A stretch of DNA of 64,000 nucleotides from Eledone cirrhosa (lineage: Eukaryota), in assembly GCA_964016885.1 (NCBI GenBank), contig OZ024740.1, positions 405,542,001-405,606,000 on the forward strand, written 5' to 3'. Shown one piece after another: positions 25,147 to 39,569 of this stretch. The position numbers were made by a program, and so were the translations under genes. Numbering within the stretch: the stretch's first letter is position 1; every line of letters begins with the position of its first letter. The notes under the pieces were generated by a model. It saw nothing but the letters and a program-made list of their open reading frames with translations, was not told where the DNA came from and made no database searches.

Positions 25147-25207
25147 TTTCATTCTGATGACTGAAAGCAAATTTTGCTTGCTTTCAAGAAACCACTGGTA
25201 AATGAAA
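25147..25207 (+). ncRNA. Type I hammerhead ribozyme (PLE type)
   Basis: TTTCATT-CTGATGA-C TGAAAGCAA..TTGCTTTCA A-GAAA-CCA C TGG-TA-AATGAAA. Stem I 7 bp, stem II 9 bp, stem III ACCA/TGGT, GUA cleavage after A25200. Confidence 0.8.
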
Positions 25208-25232
25208 TAATTATCTTGTGTTGTTTATTACA

Positions 25233-25307
<75 letters not shown>

Positions 25308-25511
25308 TTATAAATGGAAAAGAATGAAATGAAATGAAATTTCTCACTCTTAGTACGGCTGATACTTAAATATAAGTATGTATACATACATACATATATG
25401 TATACAGACGTACAGTAGTATGTATATATATACATACATGCACACATATATATGTACGTATGGGTTTACCGAACATTTATTATAATGTTCGGTTTGTTTG
25501 TAAACAAACAG

Positions 25512-25680
25512 CCGTCTTGAGGCTGTCATCAAAGCCAATGGCGGGTTTATTGAGTGAGAACGAAAGAACAAGTCATGAAGACAAACTGACCCAAGTTTGA
25601 TAAATATATCTTAAAAAATAAAACTACTGTGTTTTTTTTCCTAGACAGTAATCTTGCGAACAAATATCGTACGCACCCTG
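25512..25680 (+). mobile_element. 3' end of another Tc1/mariner element
   Basis: Encodes RLEAVIKANGGFIE* and ends in ...cgcaccctg followed by TA, like the TIR of 12977-14237. Confidence 0.65.
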
Positions 25681-25687
25681 TATATAT

Positions 25688-27793
25688 ACTGCAGGCTACT
25701 GAAGAAACTTGTGGCTGGAGCAGAGCTCCAACCAGACAGAGAGTGACCTGGTGGTGGAACAGCATGGTAGATAGGGCTATTAGAGACAAAAGACTAGCAT
25801 GGAATGCTTGGAAAAATGGTAGGAGTAGAGAAGGATATACAGCCACTAAGAGAGAAGCTAGAGGTCAGGTGTACTTAGCACGCAGGGAGGCTGAGAGTAG
25901 GAGGTTTGCCAATGTTCTGTGACGGGAAGAACAGAGACGTGCAGTGTTCCACATTGCAAGGCAGTGTGTCAGTGTAAATCAGGATATTGTAGGAGATAAA
26001 TGTGTCCAGAATGATGCCGGTGTACTTAGTGTCACGAATAATCAGAAAAAAGAGGCCTGGAAATGTCATTATTAGAGACTGATGAATATGGAGAACGAAT
26101 GGGAGAGAGAGAAATTACCTCCAGTAGATCCGACAGAGAGACCAGCTATTGAGATTGACGAATATAGGGTCCAAGAGGTGATTAAGGAAATGAAAAATGG
26201 TAAGGCCGCTGGACCATCGGGGATAGTTGCTGAGATGCTGAAGGCGTCAGGGGATGTAGGCACTAAACTGGTTTCACGCATCATCAATCAGGCTATATAT
26301 GGCGGTGTCATACCCAAAGACTGGTGCAGCAGTATTCTCATAAATTGTTACAAAGGTAAAGGGGATGCTCTGGAGAGGAGCAATTATAGGGGCATAAAAC
26401 TGATGGATCAGGTCATGAAAGTGGCAGAGAGAATATTAGTGCAACTAATTAGAGAAAGGGTCAAACTAGATGAGATGTAGTTTGGTTTTGTGCCTGGGAA
26501 AAGTACAACGCATGCCCTCTTCTTAGTGAGACAATTACAAGAGAGGTTCTTAGAGAAGAATAAGCCACTATACTTAGCTTTTGTTGACCTAGAGAAGGCC
26601 TTTGATAGAGTACCCCGATCTGTCATCTGGTGGTCCCTAAGGAAGCTGGATGTTGAGGAATGGCTTGTGAGGACAGTGCAATCTTTGTACAGAGGTGCTG
26701 TCAGTAAAGTGAGGGTAGGAATGGAGTTTAGTGAGGAATTCCAGATACAAGTAGGAGTACATCAGGGTTCGGCCTTCAGCCCGCTCTTGTTCATTATAGT
26801 CCTCCAAGCCATAACAGAGGAGTTTAAGACTGGCTGTCCATGGGAACTTCTCTATGCTGACGATCTGGTTCTTATAGTAGAATCAGTAGAGGAGCTGGAG
26901 AATAAATTCTGGCTATGGAAACAGCAGTTGGAATCACGAGGACTGAGAGTGAACCTAGCTAAGACCAAAGTGTTGATGAGTAGAAAAGAGGACACAACTC
27001 TGATTCCGTCAGCGAAATGGCCATGTTCGATATGCAGAAAAAGGAACTGGCATAAATTCTATAAAATGTACGCAATACAGATCTTTGGTACACAAGAGAT
27101 GTAGTGGGATAGCAGGCAAACTAACAGGTAGGGAGAAATACGTATGCAGTAGATGTACAGGGAAATTTGACAGTAGAAGTCGCATTGATAGACACATTTT
27201 TCAAATGCAGATGGGTGCTATAGAAGTGGTTGATAGCTTCTGGTACCTAGGTGATCAGATTAGCATGGGAGGGGGTGTTCCGAGGCCATAGTATCTAGAA
27301 TAAGGACGGGTTGGAAGAAGTTTAGGGAGCTGTTGATGAAGATGGGTTTCTCCCTGCGTACGAAAAGCCGGTTATATGATGCCTGTGTGAGGTGTGCAAT
27401 GCTGCATGGTAGTGAGACATGGGCAGCAATTGCAGAGGATATGCAACAGCTGGAAAGAACTGAGGCAAGCATGCTCTGTTGGATGTGCAATGTCAATGTG
27501 TGTGAATGGCCAAGCATGGATGTGTTGAGAGGGATAATTTGTTGTGTGCGGGAGAGGAAACTGCGATGGTATGGACATGTGATGCGCATGGAGGATGACC
27601 GATGGGTGAAGAAGTGCCGAGAAATCCCAGTGGAAGGAAGACGCAGTAGAGGATGACCACGAAAAACATGGGCGGAGGTGGTGAGAGCAGACCTCAGATC
27701 ACTGAAGCTCACGGTGGAGATGATGTGCTGAATAGGACCCATCCCACCCTTGCAAGCAGGGAAAAGCGGACGTTATATGATGATGATGATGAT
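25688..27793 (+). mobile_element. RTE LINE, 5'-truncated, with stops and frameshifts
   Basis: TWWWN, KAAGPSG, NYRGIKL, AFVDLEKAFDRVPR, LLYADDLV, LRWYGHV; (GAT)n tail. Confidence 0.9.
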
Positions 27794-27879
27794 ATCAGAA
27801 AGGGTGTGGTAAAATACCAGGTGGACCATAGATCTAGCTGTCGAAACGGCCGGAGCTCAGCCGTCAGGGTTCTGAATCT

Positions 27880-27916
<37 letters not shown>

Positions 27917-28089
27917 GGATGTGGTGTATTAATCATACAAAAGCAGGAATTTACATAATATTAATTTCTTACTTTGGCACAAGGCCACAAATTTATTGAC
28001 TTCAAAATGGTGAAAGAAAATGTCAGCCTTACCCGCTCATCCCAATGGAATTTGAACACAGAACATAAAAGAAATAACTAAATCATAAT

Positions 28090-28500
28090 TTCTGATTTAG
28101 GCACAAGGCCAACAATTTTGGGGGCCAGGAAAGTCAATTAAATCGCCCCCAATTCATTACTAGTACTTTATTTTATTGACCCCGTAAGGATGAAAGGCAA
28201 AGTTAACCTCGGCGGGATTTGAACACAGAACATAAAGAGCCGTAACTCTATACCAAAAATCATGCTGTTTGATGCTCTACCGATACTGCCAATCCACCGC
28301 CCTCTAACTAAATAATTGTTTCTACTTTTGGCACAAGGCCAGCAATTATCCCAGTGTATTACTGGTACTTTATTTTATCGACCCTGTAAGGATGAAAGAC
28401 AAAGTTAACCTCGGTGGGATTTGAACTCAGACCATAAAGGGCCATAACTCGTTGCTGCAAAGCATGACGTCCGACACTCTACTTATACTGCCAATCCACT
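28090..28500 (-). mobile_element. Two tandem tRNA-SINE family A copies
   Basis: Two units (~28090-28303 and ~28313-28500), each ending in gccaatccac. Confidence 0.75.
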
Positions 28501-28583
28501 CACTAAATAATGCAAGACATTTAATCTAACACATGTATTATTTACATTTATATATCAATTGGTGTAATTTGAATTCCGAATGT

Positions 28584-28895
28584 AAAGGGTGTGACTAAAT
28601 ACAATGTTTTTATTTGTAATTCCTCACAAGTTCAATATCCGAAAAGGGGACAATCCTATCCTCTTTATGAATTGGTTTAGAGATGATAAAAATAAAACAA
28701 CAGAAGTATTTGTGAAATATTACAATACATATCTGTTCAGTCTTGATTCCAGGATGGTTAAAATTGTTTTGATGTTGTTGTTTATTATCTAGTTTCCACC
28801 AGAAGTTTTCTTTTATTATAATCAACAACTAATACCAAAGTTAGATTAATGCCCACCCCTTCATATGTACTTCTCTTATTTTGAGTCACCCTTTA
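28584..28895. mobile_element. Putative mariner-type MITE
   Basis: Imperfect TIRs taaagggtgtgactaaata and tattttgagtcacccttta, TA at both ends, no ORF. Confidence 0.45.
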
Positions 28896-29430
28896 CAGGG
28901 CTCAAACTTCTGTCTATTGAATTCAACAACAAGGATTAGCTCCATTATTAAAGCAAGTATTGCTTGTTGAAATAAGAAAATTTAAGAGGAGTAAGTTGCA
29001 TAATGTATTATTTACATTTATATATCATTCATAGATATAGAAATACATCTGTGAAAAACACTCTCCATTTACTCCAAAGATAAGAATAATATTTCTTGAA
29101 TATTTGATAATTACAAAACATGCTTTTCATATAATTTTCACATCAACATTAATGTAGTATTTTTTTAATGATAATCTATAACGTAAAGATAAAGCCACAC
29201 ATTTTAGGGATGGGAGTGTAGTCATCCTTTTAAAATGGGCTTTGTGCATCATTAAAAATAGTCTAACTATCACTATAATCAGAGTTTTGGAAGAATGGAA
29301 ATTATGTTACCATTTTAACATGATGAATATGTGAACTCCATGAAGCTGCAGAGGAAGTAATATGCCTAGAACAGTGCAGAAGAGATGTGGACACTGTAAT
29401 CCTTAACAAAGGCCACTCATCAGCAATTCT

Positions 29431-30089
29431 GAATAAAATATGACACCGTGTAGAGGGGACACTTCAGTCCTAGTTCTAATAGAGGGGACACTTATGTCCT
29501 AGAATAAAATATGACACCGTGTAGAGGGGACACTTCAGTCCTAGTTCTAATAGACAAACCACTTATGTCCTAGTTCTAATAGACAAACCACTTATGTCCT
29601 AGAATAAAATATGACACCGTGTAGAGGGGACACTTCAGTCCTAGTTCTAATAGACAAACCACTTATGTCCTAGTTCTAATAGACAAACCACTTATGTCCT
29701 AGAATAAAATATGACACCGTGTAGAGGGGACACTTCAGTCCTAGTTCTAATAGAGGGGACACTTCAGTCCTAGTTCTAATAGAGGGGACACTTCAGTCCT
29801 AGTTCTAATAGACAAACCCCTTATGTCCTAGAATAAAATATGACACCGTGTAGAGGGGACACTTCAGTCCTAGTTCTAATAGAGGGGACACTTCAGTCCT
29901 AGTTCTAATAGACAAACCCCTTATGTCCTAGAATAAAATATGACACCGTGTAGAGGGGACACTTCAGTCCTAGTTCTAATAGAGGGGACACTTCAGTCCT
30001 AGTTCTAATAGAGGGGACACTTCAGTCCTAGTTCTAGACAAACCACTTATGTCCTAGTTCTAATAGACAAACCACTTATGTCCTAGAAT
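29431..30089. repeat. Compound minisatellite of 29- and 42-bp modules
   Basis: Units gtcctagttctaatagaggggacacttca, gtcctagttctaatagacaaaccacttat and gtcctagaataaaatatgacaccgtgtagaggggacacttca in mixed order. Confidence 0.95.
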
Positions 30090-31036
30090 CACAACAAAAT
30101 GCAGTTATCCTAATCTGCAATGCAGATGATAGGCTGCTATTTATTTATTTTTCATCAAAGATTATACATATGATAATATGTGGGATATGGGAATTAGTAA
30201 AATATGTACGGGGATACATTTTCTGTTTCAAATTTTCCTTACTTCCAATTGTACTTTGCATAAATTCCTTTTTTTTTTTCCATTTCGTTGGTAAATTGTA
30301 ATAAATTTTACTATAAATATTAAAACAAGGAAAACAAAAACAATGTTCTCAAAAAATTGTTCTGCCATGGGCCACAGAAAAGTGGTTTGCAGGCTGCATG
30401 TGGCCCATGAGCTGCATGTTTAAGAGCCCTGATTTACACTATGAAAGGTTTGGATAGTTTTTTAGGAATTCATTTCTCCAGTAGTTTTCTAATAAATTCA
30501 TGTTTCCATAAAATTACTTACTCTTCCAAATCTGGAAGTATTTTCAAGGAATTTTAATTGCTTTTCTATGTAAGATCCTTTGTATTTAACAACTACAGCT
30601 ATTGTTTAAATTCTATCATATTTAATATTCCCTGTTCCCAATAAACATCCTTGAACAAGATACATTGAACAAATATCTGTTGTATTGCTTCACAAATATT
30701 CATTCTTTTTATTATCTCAAACAAATGAGTTCAGATATGGCTGTGTGGTAAAGATGTTTGAAACCATATGGTTCTGGGTTCAATAAGTGAAATTTGATAG
30801 ATGGAAACTGTAGACTGACATGTCAGCATGAAAGATGGATGTTAAATGATGATGGTAGTGGCAGAAATATTGAGGATGATTATGGGGTGTATGGGGTGTA
30901 TGGGGTGCCTGCTTGTGAATACCAGTGTAAATTGCAAGTGGAATTTATTTCCCATGGTGAGGTAACCCCTAAAGAGAGATTGATAAAATGAGTCCCAGAC
31001 TAAGTACCAATAGTAATATAATTGTCTAGAACACAT

Positions 31037-31216
31037 AATTGTTTCTACTTTTGGCACAAGGCCAGCAATTACCCAGTACATTACTGGTACTTTATTTTAT
31101 TGACCCCGAAAGGATGAAAGGCAAAGTTAACCTCGGCAGGATTTGAACTTAGTTCATAAAGGGACATAACTACACTGGAAAGCATGGCGTCCGACTCTCT
31201 ACCGATACTGCCAATC
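31037..31216 (-). mobile_element. tRNA-SINE family A with target-site duplication
   Basis: agaacacataat on both sides (31028-31039 and 31219-31230). Confidence 0.8.
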
Positions 31217-32959
31217 AAAGAACACATAATGGTAGTTCTCCAGCTTGATTCCTATCCAATGACTTAAACCAGTAAAAGAATAAATGCCATTATACAACAA
31301 AAATTACAAATATAACAAGGATATATATTTCACATCACAAATAATGTGATATTGATGTTTAACACTAACTCAGCTATGAGTAAGAATACCTATGATCAAA
31401 ATCATTGTAGCTCTGACAATTTTGTCATTTCAGTTATATCCTGAGGTGACACTTGGATATTTAATGTCCTAGGATAGCTCTACAATGTGTGCCCCTTTCT
31501 CCCAATTATATGCCTCAGTCTCCCAAATAAAATAATTTCAACTTCGAGTGGGGTAAGCTGAGGAAATTTTTTTTTTTTAAATTTCTTTTTTGCCCACTCT
31601 AAGAAAATTACTAAGCCTGCATTTTCCACCATACTGTCCACACTCAGGTGTTAATAAATTAAAGTACAAGTCAAATACTGTGGTAAATTTAATTGACTTT
31701 TCCCTCCTCTAAATTAGAAATCATTATATATTGAATTTAATTAAATACATTTACATAAAATCGTCATCCTTTAAGGTTCAGTAATGCACCTCCTTAGGAC
31801 TGTTCCCTAGGCAGCTGCCTAGTTAGCTTTAATGGTAGCACCAACTAACTGACAATGCTATCTAATATATCCTTCCTTTCTTAGCGTTCAAAACGGCCAA
31901 ACTGGCCGAAATTATTTCCCCTTTATTTGTTCAAAATGGCCAAAATCGGCTAACGACACCCACACTAAAATATTGTTCTAAAGTAAAAAATAACGTCATC
32001 AAATACTTGTCAATTCGATATTACTGCGAGATAAGACCCTTACTGAGAAAATTAGCGCCTAATATAGTGAAACAACTTGAAACAACATGTTTTTTTAATG
32101 TTGAAAGTAGGTAGGGATTTGAAAAAGATAAATAATAATAATAATAATTGTTTCTACTTTTGGCACAAGGCCAGCAATTATCCCAGTGTATTACTGGTAC
32201 TTTATTTTATCGACCCCGTAAGGATGAAAGTCAAAGTTAATAATAATAATAATAATGAAATTTAGTAACTAATTAGATTTAGTTTACTATTTCAAGTAAG
32301 TCAAGTATCCAAATTGATGTTCCCTCATTGATGAGAGTAATGTGATGAAGAGGTGTTATGTATTTCAAAAAAACCTGTTATTAATGTGACAGATGTTTTT
32401 TAAATATTCACCTTATCATTTATATAGATTTATGTAAATATAATTTTCCTTATCAATGTGTTTACTTATGTAATTTCATGTGATACATTTGAAAAAATAT
32501 CACGAGTATGTAATCATCATAATCATCATCATTTTACATTTTTTTTTTTCCATGCTAGCATAGACTGCATGTGGCATTATGGTCCAAATCAGTTCTTATT
32601 CAAAGTTACTGCTCTCCTAGACAAGTTGGGAGCCATGCCTTGCTCATATGTTCATTTATGCATGGTTTCCAGCCACTTTAGAGCATGTACCAGATGTATT
32701 TTACCATGGCACAAGTACCAGAGAGGTTGTCTAGTCCGCAACAAGACTAAAGAGCTTTTTACCTTACATTGTTTCCAGTCAATTACCAACCAGTTTACAA
32801 AGTGTACTGGGTATATCTTATGATGGAACCAGCTCCAGAAAAGTTGTCTTGTCTCCAGCAAGACTAAAATGTCCTCTCTACCCTACATTGTGTCTCTTCA
32901 TAATTACATGTTTATCTGTAAGTATGGAAGTGTATTTCTTTATTCATAAATTAATATAT

Positions 32960-33135
32960 AATAATAATGAAATTATTGTGCACAGTGCTCAGGTGCACTA
33001 CAACTCATCAAAGGTGCATGTATAGTAAATAGAATAATGTTCAAATGTCAGGAAAATGAACAGTGTATGAGTCATGAAATACATGTGTGCGTGTGTATGG
33101 AGGGGGTACATCAAGTGCAGTGTTGGCGAAACTCA
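32960..33135 (-). mobile_element. CR1-type LINE 3' end
   Basis: Reverse complement matches ~4640-4820, including gtgcacctgagcact and the (ATT)n tail. Confidence 0.8.
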
Positions 33136-33539
33136 GGATGTATGTATTTATACAAATTATCCATGTATTAATTTAGAATAATTTCATATCTTTTGTGTGC
33201 ATGTGTATTGGATATGTATTTTACAACATATGTTTTTGTGTGTGCATGCTGTGTGAATTCAGTTTCGAAAGGTAAACCATATCCCTGCATATTGCAAGAT
33301 GTGACTAAAAGGATTTAGCCAGGGAGGGCATCTGGCCATAAAACATTCCTTCGATAAAAAAAAAACCCATGAGTTTGCACACTACCATGGGACCTATAGA
33401 GTTTATGAGAGTTTATGCCTACTCCTTTTAAGTATATTGAGCAGGGTCACTTCCCTAAAGGAATCAGTCCTATTTTTCTTTTCCTGCTTACTAGTATTTT
33501 AGTTTTGGCTAAGTCTATTCTCAGACACTTTGATTCCAA

Positions 33540-34580
33540 ATTCTGTTTACATAGTCGGAACTTATTCTCTAGTGCTTTTATTAATTCAGTTATAAGGACC
33601 AGATCATCTATATAGAGACGTAACCCATGACCAGCCAGTCATAAACTTTTCATTATGGCCTGGAGAACTATGATGAGCAACAGTGGGCTGAGAACCAAAC
33701 CTTGCTGAACTCCTACTTATACCTTGAATTCCTCACTAAACTCACATCCTACTCTCACTTTACTAACAGCTCCTCTGTGCATGGCTTGTATTACTCTCAC
33801 AAGCCATTCTTCTACATCTAATTTTCTTAAGGATTCAAGTATAAGCTAGATATAGAAGGTTATTCTTGGCTAGGAACTCTTCTTGTAGTTGTTTCAATAA
33901 GAAGAGGGCATCTGTAGTAATTTTCCCAACATAAACCTGAACTGCATCTCATCTAATTTGATTCTTTCCCTAATTAGCTGTTCTAAAATTATTTCTGTCA
34001 GTTTCATAACTTGGCCCATCAGTTTTATTCCTCTATAGATGATCCTTTCTAGAGCATCACCTTCACCCTTGTAGCAATTTATGATTGTACTGCTGCGCCA
34101 GTCATTGGGTAATGACTGTCCTGTATAACCTGATTTACTATGCAGGTTACTAGTTTGACTCCTACTTCTCCCAATACTTTTAGCCTCTCAACAACTATCT
34201 CTGATGGTCCCACAGCTTTACCATTCTTTATCTCATTGATTGCTTCTTTGACACCCTAACTGTCAATTTCAATAGCTGGTCCTTCTGTTGAGTAAGTTGA
34301 AGGTAGTTTCTCTTCCCATTCGTTCTCTACATTCATCAGCCTCACATAGTAATATTTTCAGGCCTCTTTCTTTTGAGCATCAATGATGCTAAGTGCCCCA
34401 GGGTCATTTCTAACATACTTTTCCCCAACAACATCTTGTCTTTGATCCTCACATCACAAGACATTGGCAAACTTTCCAAGCTGTATATACCTGTCATCTG
34501 GCTTTTCTCTTAGCTACCTCATACTGGTCTCTGCTACCCCCATTTTTTAAAATCTTTCCACCTCTGTCTCTTAGCTTTAA
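33540..34580 (-). mobile_element. Degraded RTE RT fragment
   Basis: Reverse complement is similar to 41340-42305 (same older subfamily). Confidence 0.75.
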
Positions 34581-34855
34581 AGACAGGTATTTAAATGTCA
34601 AAGTATTTTGTTTTTGTTTTTGATATACTCGCTATAGTATGGAACCTAATGCTGGTTGTTTGACTTCAAGTGAGCCTAGGATGTACAAGTATTCTTCCTC
34701 ATGCTTGTATAATTGATATTATGATTATTATTATTATAATTACTATTATTATTAATGATTATATTTTGCCTGTCCTGGTTATGTATTTAATGAAATTGGT
34801 GTTGAAACATTTATAAAGATTAAATGATTTAAGAACTCTATCTGCAATCTTAATT

Positions 34856-34916
<61 letters not shown>

Positions 34917-34929
34917 CACACACATATAT

Positions 34930-34982
<53 letters not shown>

Positions 34983-36388
34983 CACATACATATATACATA
35001 TATATAAAACAAATTAAGATGACAGAAAGAAATCTTTATAGTTACTTATGGCAGGATTTGCCCTTGCCATTCTGAGTTCAAATCCCGCCGAGGTTAACTT
35101 TGCCTTTCATCCTTACGCGGTCGATAAAATAAAGTACCAGTAATGTACTGGGTAATTGCTGGACTTGTGCCAAAAGTAGAAACAATTATGTTATATATAT
35201 AAACATTAATGATACACGTGTATGCACACACATATATATATGTATATATGTATCATCACTATCAATATTAAACATCTGCATACCCTGCTAGCAAGGCTTG
35301 GCCGGGTCATCATAGATCAAGTTAGTACTTAATCAAGCCCCTGACCTCTCAGCTCGGCTAATACACTGCATCTTACTTACACACAGTCCCCACCACCGCA
35401 CTTGACATATATGTATATATGTATCACACAGACATATAAACATACATACATACTTACACACACATGCATGCATGTATGCATGCATACATATGTATGCATG
35501 TATCACACACACATATAAACATATATACATACATACACACATACATGCATGTATGCATGTATGCATTCATACATACATACATGCATACACGCACACATGC
35601 ATACATAAATACACGCACACATACATACATACATCTTTCATAAACATATCCATGTGTGATGTAGTTATTTCCTAAACTATGAAAACAAAAATGTTTCCAT
35701 TTTTCGAATGCCATGCAGCACATATGGCCCTCACACACCATCAAGTGTCACTACTCTCTGACAAATTATGTTGTTGTTTATCTCTAAGGCAGTCGAGTGA
35801 GTAAACCTATGACACCAAAAATTCCATCCTTAACCATCCAGTTATCTTTAGATGTACATAGGATTGTAGTATCCCATGTGTTCTTTTGTTATTTAAGATG
35901 GTTGTGAGTGATGAGGAAGTATTTGGCTGCTATTTCTAGAAGATTTAGCCATCATGAAGAAGCTGCCTTGTTAGTTTGTGCCAAACTATGTGTTTCAAGT
36001 TAGGAGAAGGAGCCCTGTGAAGTAGAGTGGCTGATGCAGCAGATGTTGCTGGCTATTCCCTGTGGCAATGCTTTCACCATCTTGAGACACAGCTGAAATG
36101 TACTGCTTAGTCAGGGGTAAAGAATCTGCCCCTCCCTTCTCCTTTATTTCATACTTTTTCCTTTTCCTGTTTATTACGTGAAATATTTATGTAAATATAG
36201 TTTTTACTATTTAAACTTCTCCCAAAGAAGAGTACATTTTTCCTATCAAGATATGTGGCTCAATAATAACACTTCTGCTGTTACTGCTGAGAATTACTAC
36301 ACTGACACAATTTAAAAAAGAGAACATCAATGGAGTCACATGATCTGCAAGAAATGGTAGCCAAGTCTCCCTTTCAGACTACTATTTG

Positions 36389-36425
<37 letters not shown>

Positions 36426-36763
36426 GTAGAGAATGTTTTTTTAAGAGTTCACTGTGTCTAAAAACAAGACAAGATAGTCATGGTAGGAATGCTTTTAATC
36501 ATAGGTCTGCTTAATTAGAGCAGACCTATGGCTAAACAACAAGGTGGACTTAGTCATTGAGAGTGTTGGGTGTTCTTAGCTAAATGTAACTGAGTGGTAA
36601 ATGCAATTTATCAACTGCCAAACTTTTAGTTGATTGGTTCTCTTGCACCCTGTTTACACTTTGTCAAAAATAAAATTACTGATAGTAAATATTTCTAAAA
36701 CTATAGCAAATAAGCAATGCTTATCAGTATTTTGCAAATCTTTCTCTCTCTTTCTCTTTATGT

Positions 36764-39040
36764 ATCATCATCATCATCATCATCATCGTTTAACGTCCAT
36801 CTTCCACGCTAGCATGGGTTTGGACGGGAATTTTCCCACTTGAGGCAAGAGTGGTTGTCTTGCTCATATAGGACTGTCTGGCGGGTTTTCTACGGCTGGA
36901 TGCTCTTCCTAACACCAACCACGTTTACAGTGTGGACTGGGAAGTTTTTACCGTGTTACCTACACGGCCACATTACAGCGTGGACTGGGTTTTTTTGTCA
37001 TGACACCTACACGACCTCATTTGTTTCGGACTGGATGTTGTGGTACCAACATAACTTTACATCGAAAGGGGGTGGTATGGATGGGGTGGGGGTAGTGGGA
37101 CGGGGGTGTATTTTGGTAAGAGGTGCCTACTGACTGTAGGTTTCGCTTTGCACTTAGGCAAGGCGGGTCTTCTGTATTACTGCGTAGTGCCAAAGATCTC
37201 GGTCCAGTGACATTGTCTTGGAGGGGTGTAAGTGTGTGAGGTCGGAATTTATCAAGTCGTTCCAGGTTTTTCTGGGTCTGCCTACTCCGTGGCTACCGTC
37301 TATTTTGATCGCCCTGCACTTTTTTATACAGCTGTCGTCTTTCATGCGCATCATGTGACCATATCAACGTAGTCTTCTCTCGAGTAAACAGCATCTGATC
37401 CCTCTTATTCCTAATTTCTCACTTAGTTCATTTATGCTTTGCCGTTCACATATATTACTATTACACATCCAACACAGAGCACCGGCCACATATAAAATCT
37501 ATATTCTTAGTTAGCTTACCTGTGATCCCACTACATCTTTTATGCACCCATACTTTGCATTTGGGACATAAAATGGAGTTTCTGCCTACTTCTTTCCTAC
37601 ACACTGAGTATGGCCATTTCCCAGATGGGACCGGTGCCCTATTTTCCTTCCTACATACTAGAACTTTATTCTTAGACAGGTTAATTTTATGGCCTTTTGA
37701 TTCTAGGCCATAGTTCCATGTTTGGAATTTCTTCTCTAGTTCAGCCATTGATTCAGCTATAAGCGTTAGATCATCTGCATATAGGAGTTCCCATGGGCAG
37801 CTGGTCTTAAACTCATCTGTTATAGCCTGAAGGGCAATAATAAATAGGAGGGGGCTAAGGACGGAGTCCTGATGAACACCAACTTTTACGCTAAACTCTT
37901 CACTATATTCGTTGTTAATTCTAACCTTGCTGACTGTTTCTTTATACATGGCTTGTATAGCTCTCACAAGCCATTCATCAACACCTAGTTTTCTAAGAGC
38001 CGACCAGATAATGGAGCGGGGGACTCTGTCAAAGGCTTTCTCCAAGTCAACAAAAGCTAAGTATAGGGGTTTACTTTTAGCTAGGTACTTCTCCTGTAGT
38101 TGTCTTTGGTAGAGCGTCTGTGGTACTTTTACCTGACACAAACCCGAACTGCATTTCATCTAGATCAATTCGCTCTCTGATTAGTTGCGCTATTACTTTT
38201 TCTGTCACCTTCATTACCTGGTCAATTAATTTAATGCCTCTATAGTTTCCCCTATCTAAGGCATCTACTTTTCCCTTGTAGCAGTTAATGATGATGCTGC
38301 TACGCCAGTCCTTCGGTACGACCCCATTCCGTATGACTTGGTTTACTATCCGGGTGACCATAGTGTGTCCCACCGTTCCAGATGCTTTCAGCATTTCAGC
38401 AACTATTTCCGAAGGCCCAGCCGCCTTGCCCGTCTTCATATCTTTGATTGCCTTACTTATTATACTACCTTCAACTTGCACTGCTGGTCCCTCTATTGGA
38501 TCGATGTGGGGGAGACTGTCTTTCTCCCATTTATTCTCCTCATTCAGTAGCCTTTCGTAGTGACACTTCCAAGCTACCTTCTTATCAGCGTCAGTGATGG
38601 CAAGTACACCATCATCATTAAGGACACACTTCTCCCCGACAATATCACGGTTTTCCTTGACACATTGCCTAGCAATCCTGAACACCTCACGTTTTTGGTC
38701 CTCACGTTGTAGAACATGCTTGAACTTTCTTTCCTCTGCTTCCCTTCTTGCAAAGTACACTTGTCTCCTAGCTTCCCTCCTGGCCACTTGATAGTCTTCT
38801 CTGCTTCCCCCATCCCGCCATACTTTCCAAGCCTGCTTTTTGGCCTTGATTGACCCCTCCACCTTACTGTTCCACCACCATGTTACTCTCCTCCTGCCTA
38901 CAAGCCTGCTCCAGCCACAGACTTCATCTGTCGCCTTCAGCAGGTTAGCTTTCAGGAATTCCCACTGTTCCTCTATATTGTACGACTCTAATTGCTCTTC
39001 CTTATTGTCAAAAGCATCAAGTAATATGCTTTTAAATTTA
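36764..39040 (-). mobile_element. RTE LINE, 5'-truncated, internal deletion near 37475
   Basis: TWWWN, KAAGPS, NYRGIKL, AFVDLEKAFDRVPR, LLYADDL; (CAT)n tail. Confidence 0.9.
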
Positions 39041-39057
39041 TTACTGGCTGTGTATAT

Positions 39058-39564
39058 AATGCTGTGTGCAGGAGAGGAGATTACGTTGGTATGGACATGT
39101 GATGCATATGAAGGATGACAGCTGCATAAAAGTTGCAGAGCACTAAAAGTCGATGGAAGCCTTGGAGTGGGGAGACCCAAGAAGATCTGGGATGATGTGA
39201 TAAAAGCTGACCTTGCCCAATTGCACCTCTCAAAGGTGATCACACTGAGACCTCTGGTGTTACACAGTAATACAGAAGACCCGACTTCCCACAGGTACAA
39301 GCCGAAGCTGAAGCATATAGACATATGCCCCACCCACACTTCACACTGTAAAGTGGTCATGTAGGCACCACGGTAAAAAAGCACCCAGCCCACACTGTAA
39401 ATGAGGTTGGTGTTAGGAAAGGCATCCAGCTGTAGAAATCAAGCCAAAATCAGTTCTGTATGAGCAAGACATGGTCACCTGACCTGGCATTGCCCACGAC
39501 AGGACAATCCGTCTAACCCATGCTAGCATGGAGGAATAGACGTAAAACGGTGATGATGATGATG
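39058..39564 (+). mobile_element. RTE 3' fragment, head-to-head with the previous element
   Basis: RRLRWYGHV..GRPKKIWDDVIKADL; (GAT)n tail. Confidence 0.85.
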
Positions 39565-39569
39565 CCTCT

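Noticed and set aside
29431-30089. CRISPR-like array
   Set aside because: The intervening sequences are themselves repeated, there are no unique spacers or cas genes, and the context is eukaryotic.
28896-30431. hAT element bounded by cagggctc...gagccctg
   Set aside because: The ends resemble hAT TIRs, but there is no 8-bp TSD and no recognisable transposase.
38077-39393. 438-aa ORF as a single gene
   Set aside because: Chance fusion: the N-terminal part is antisense of the RTE fragment at 39058-39564, and the rest is the minus-strand RTE.
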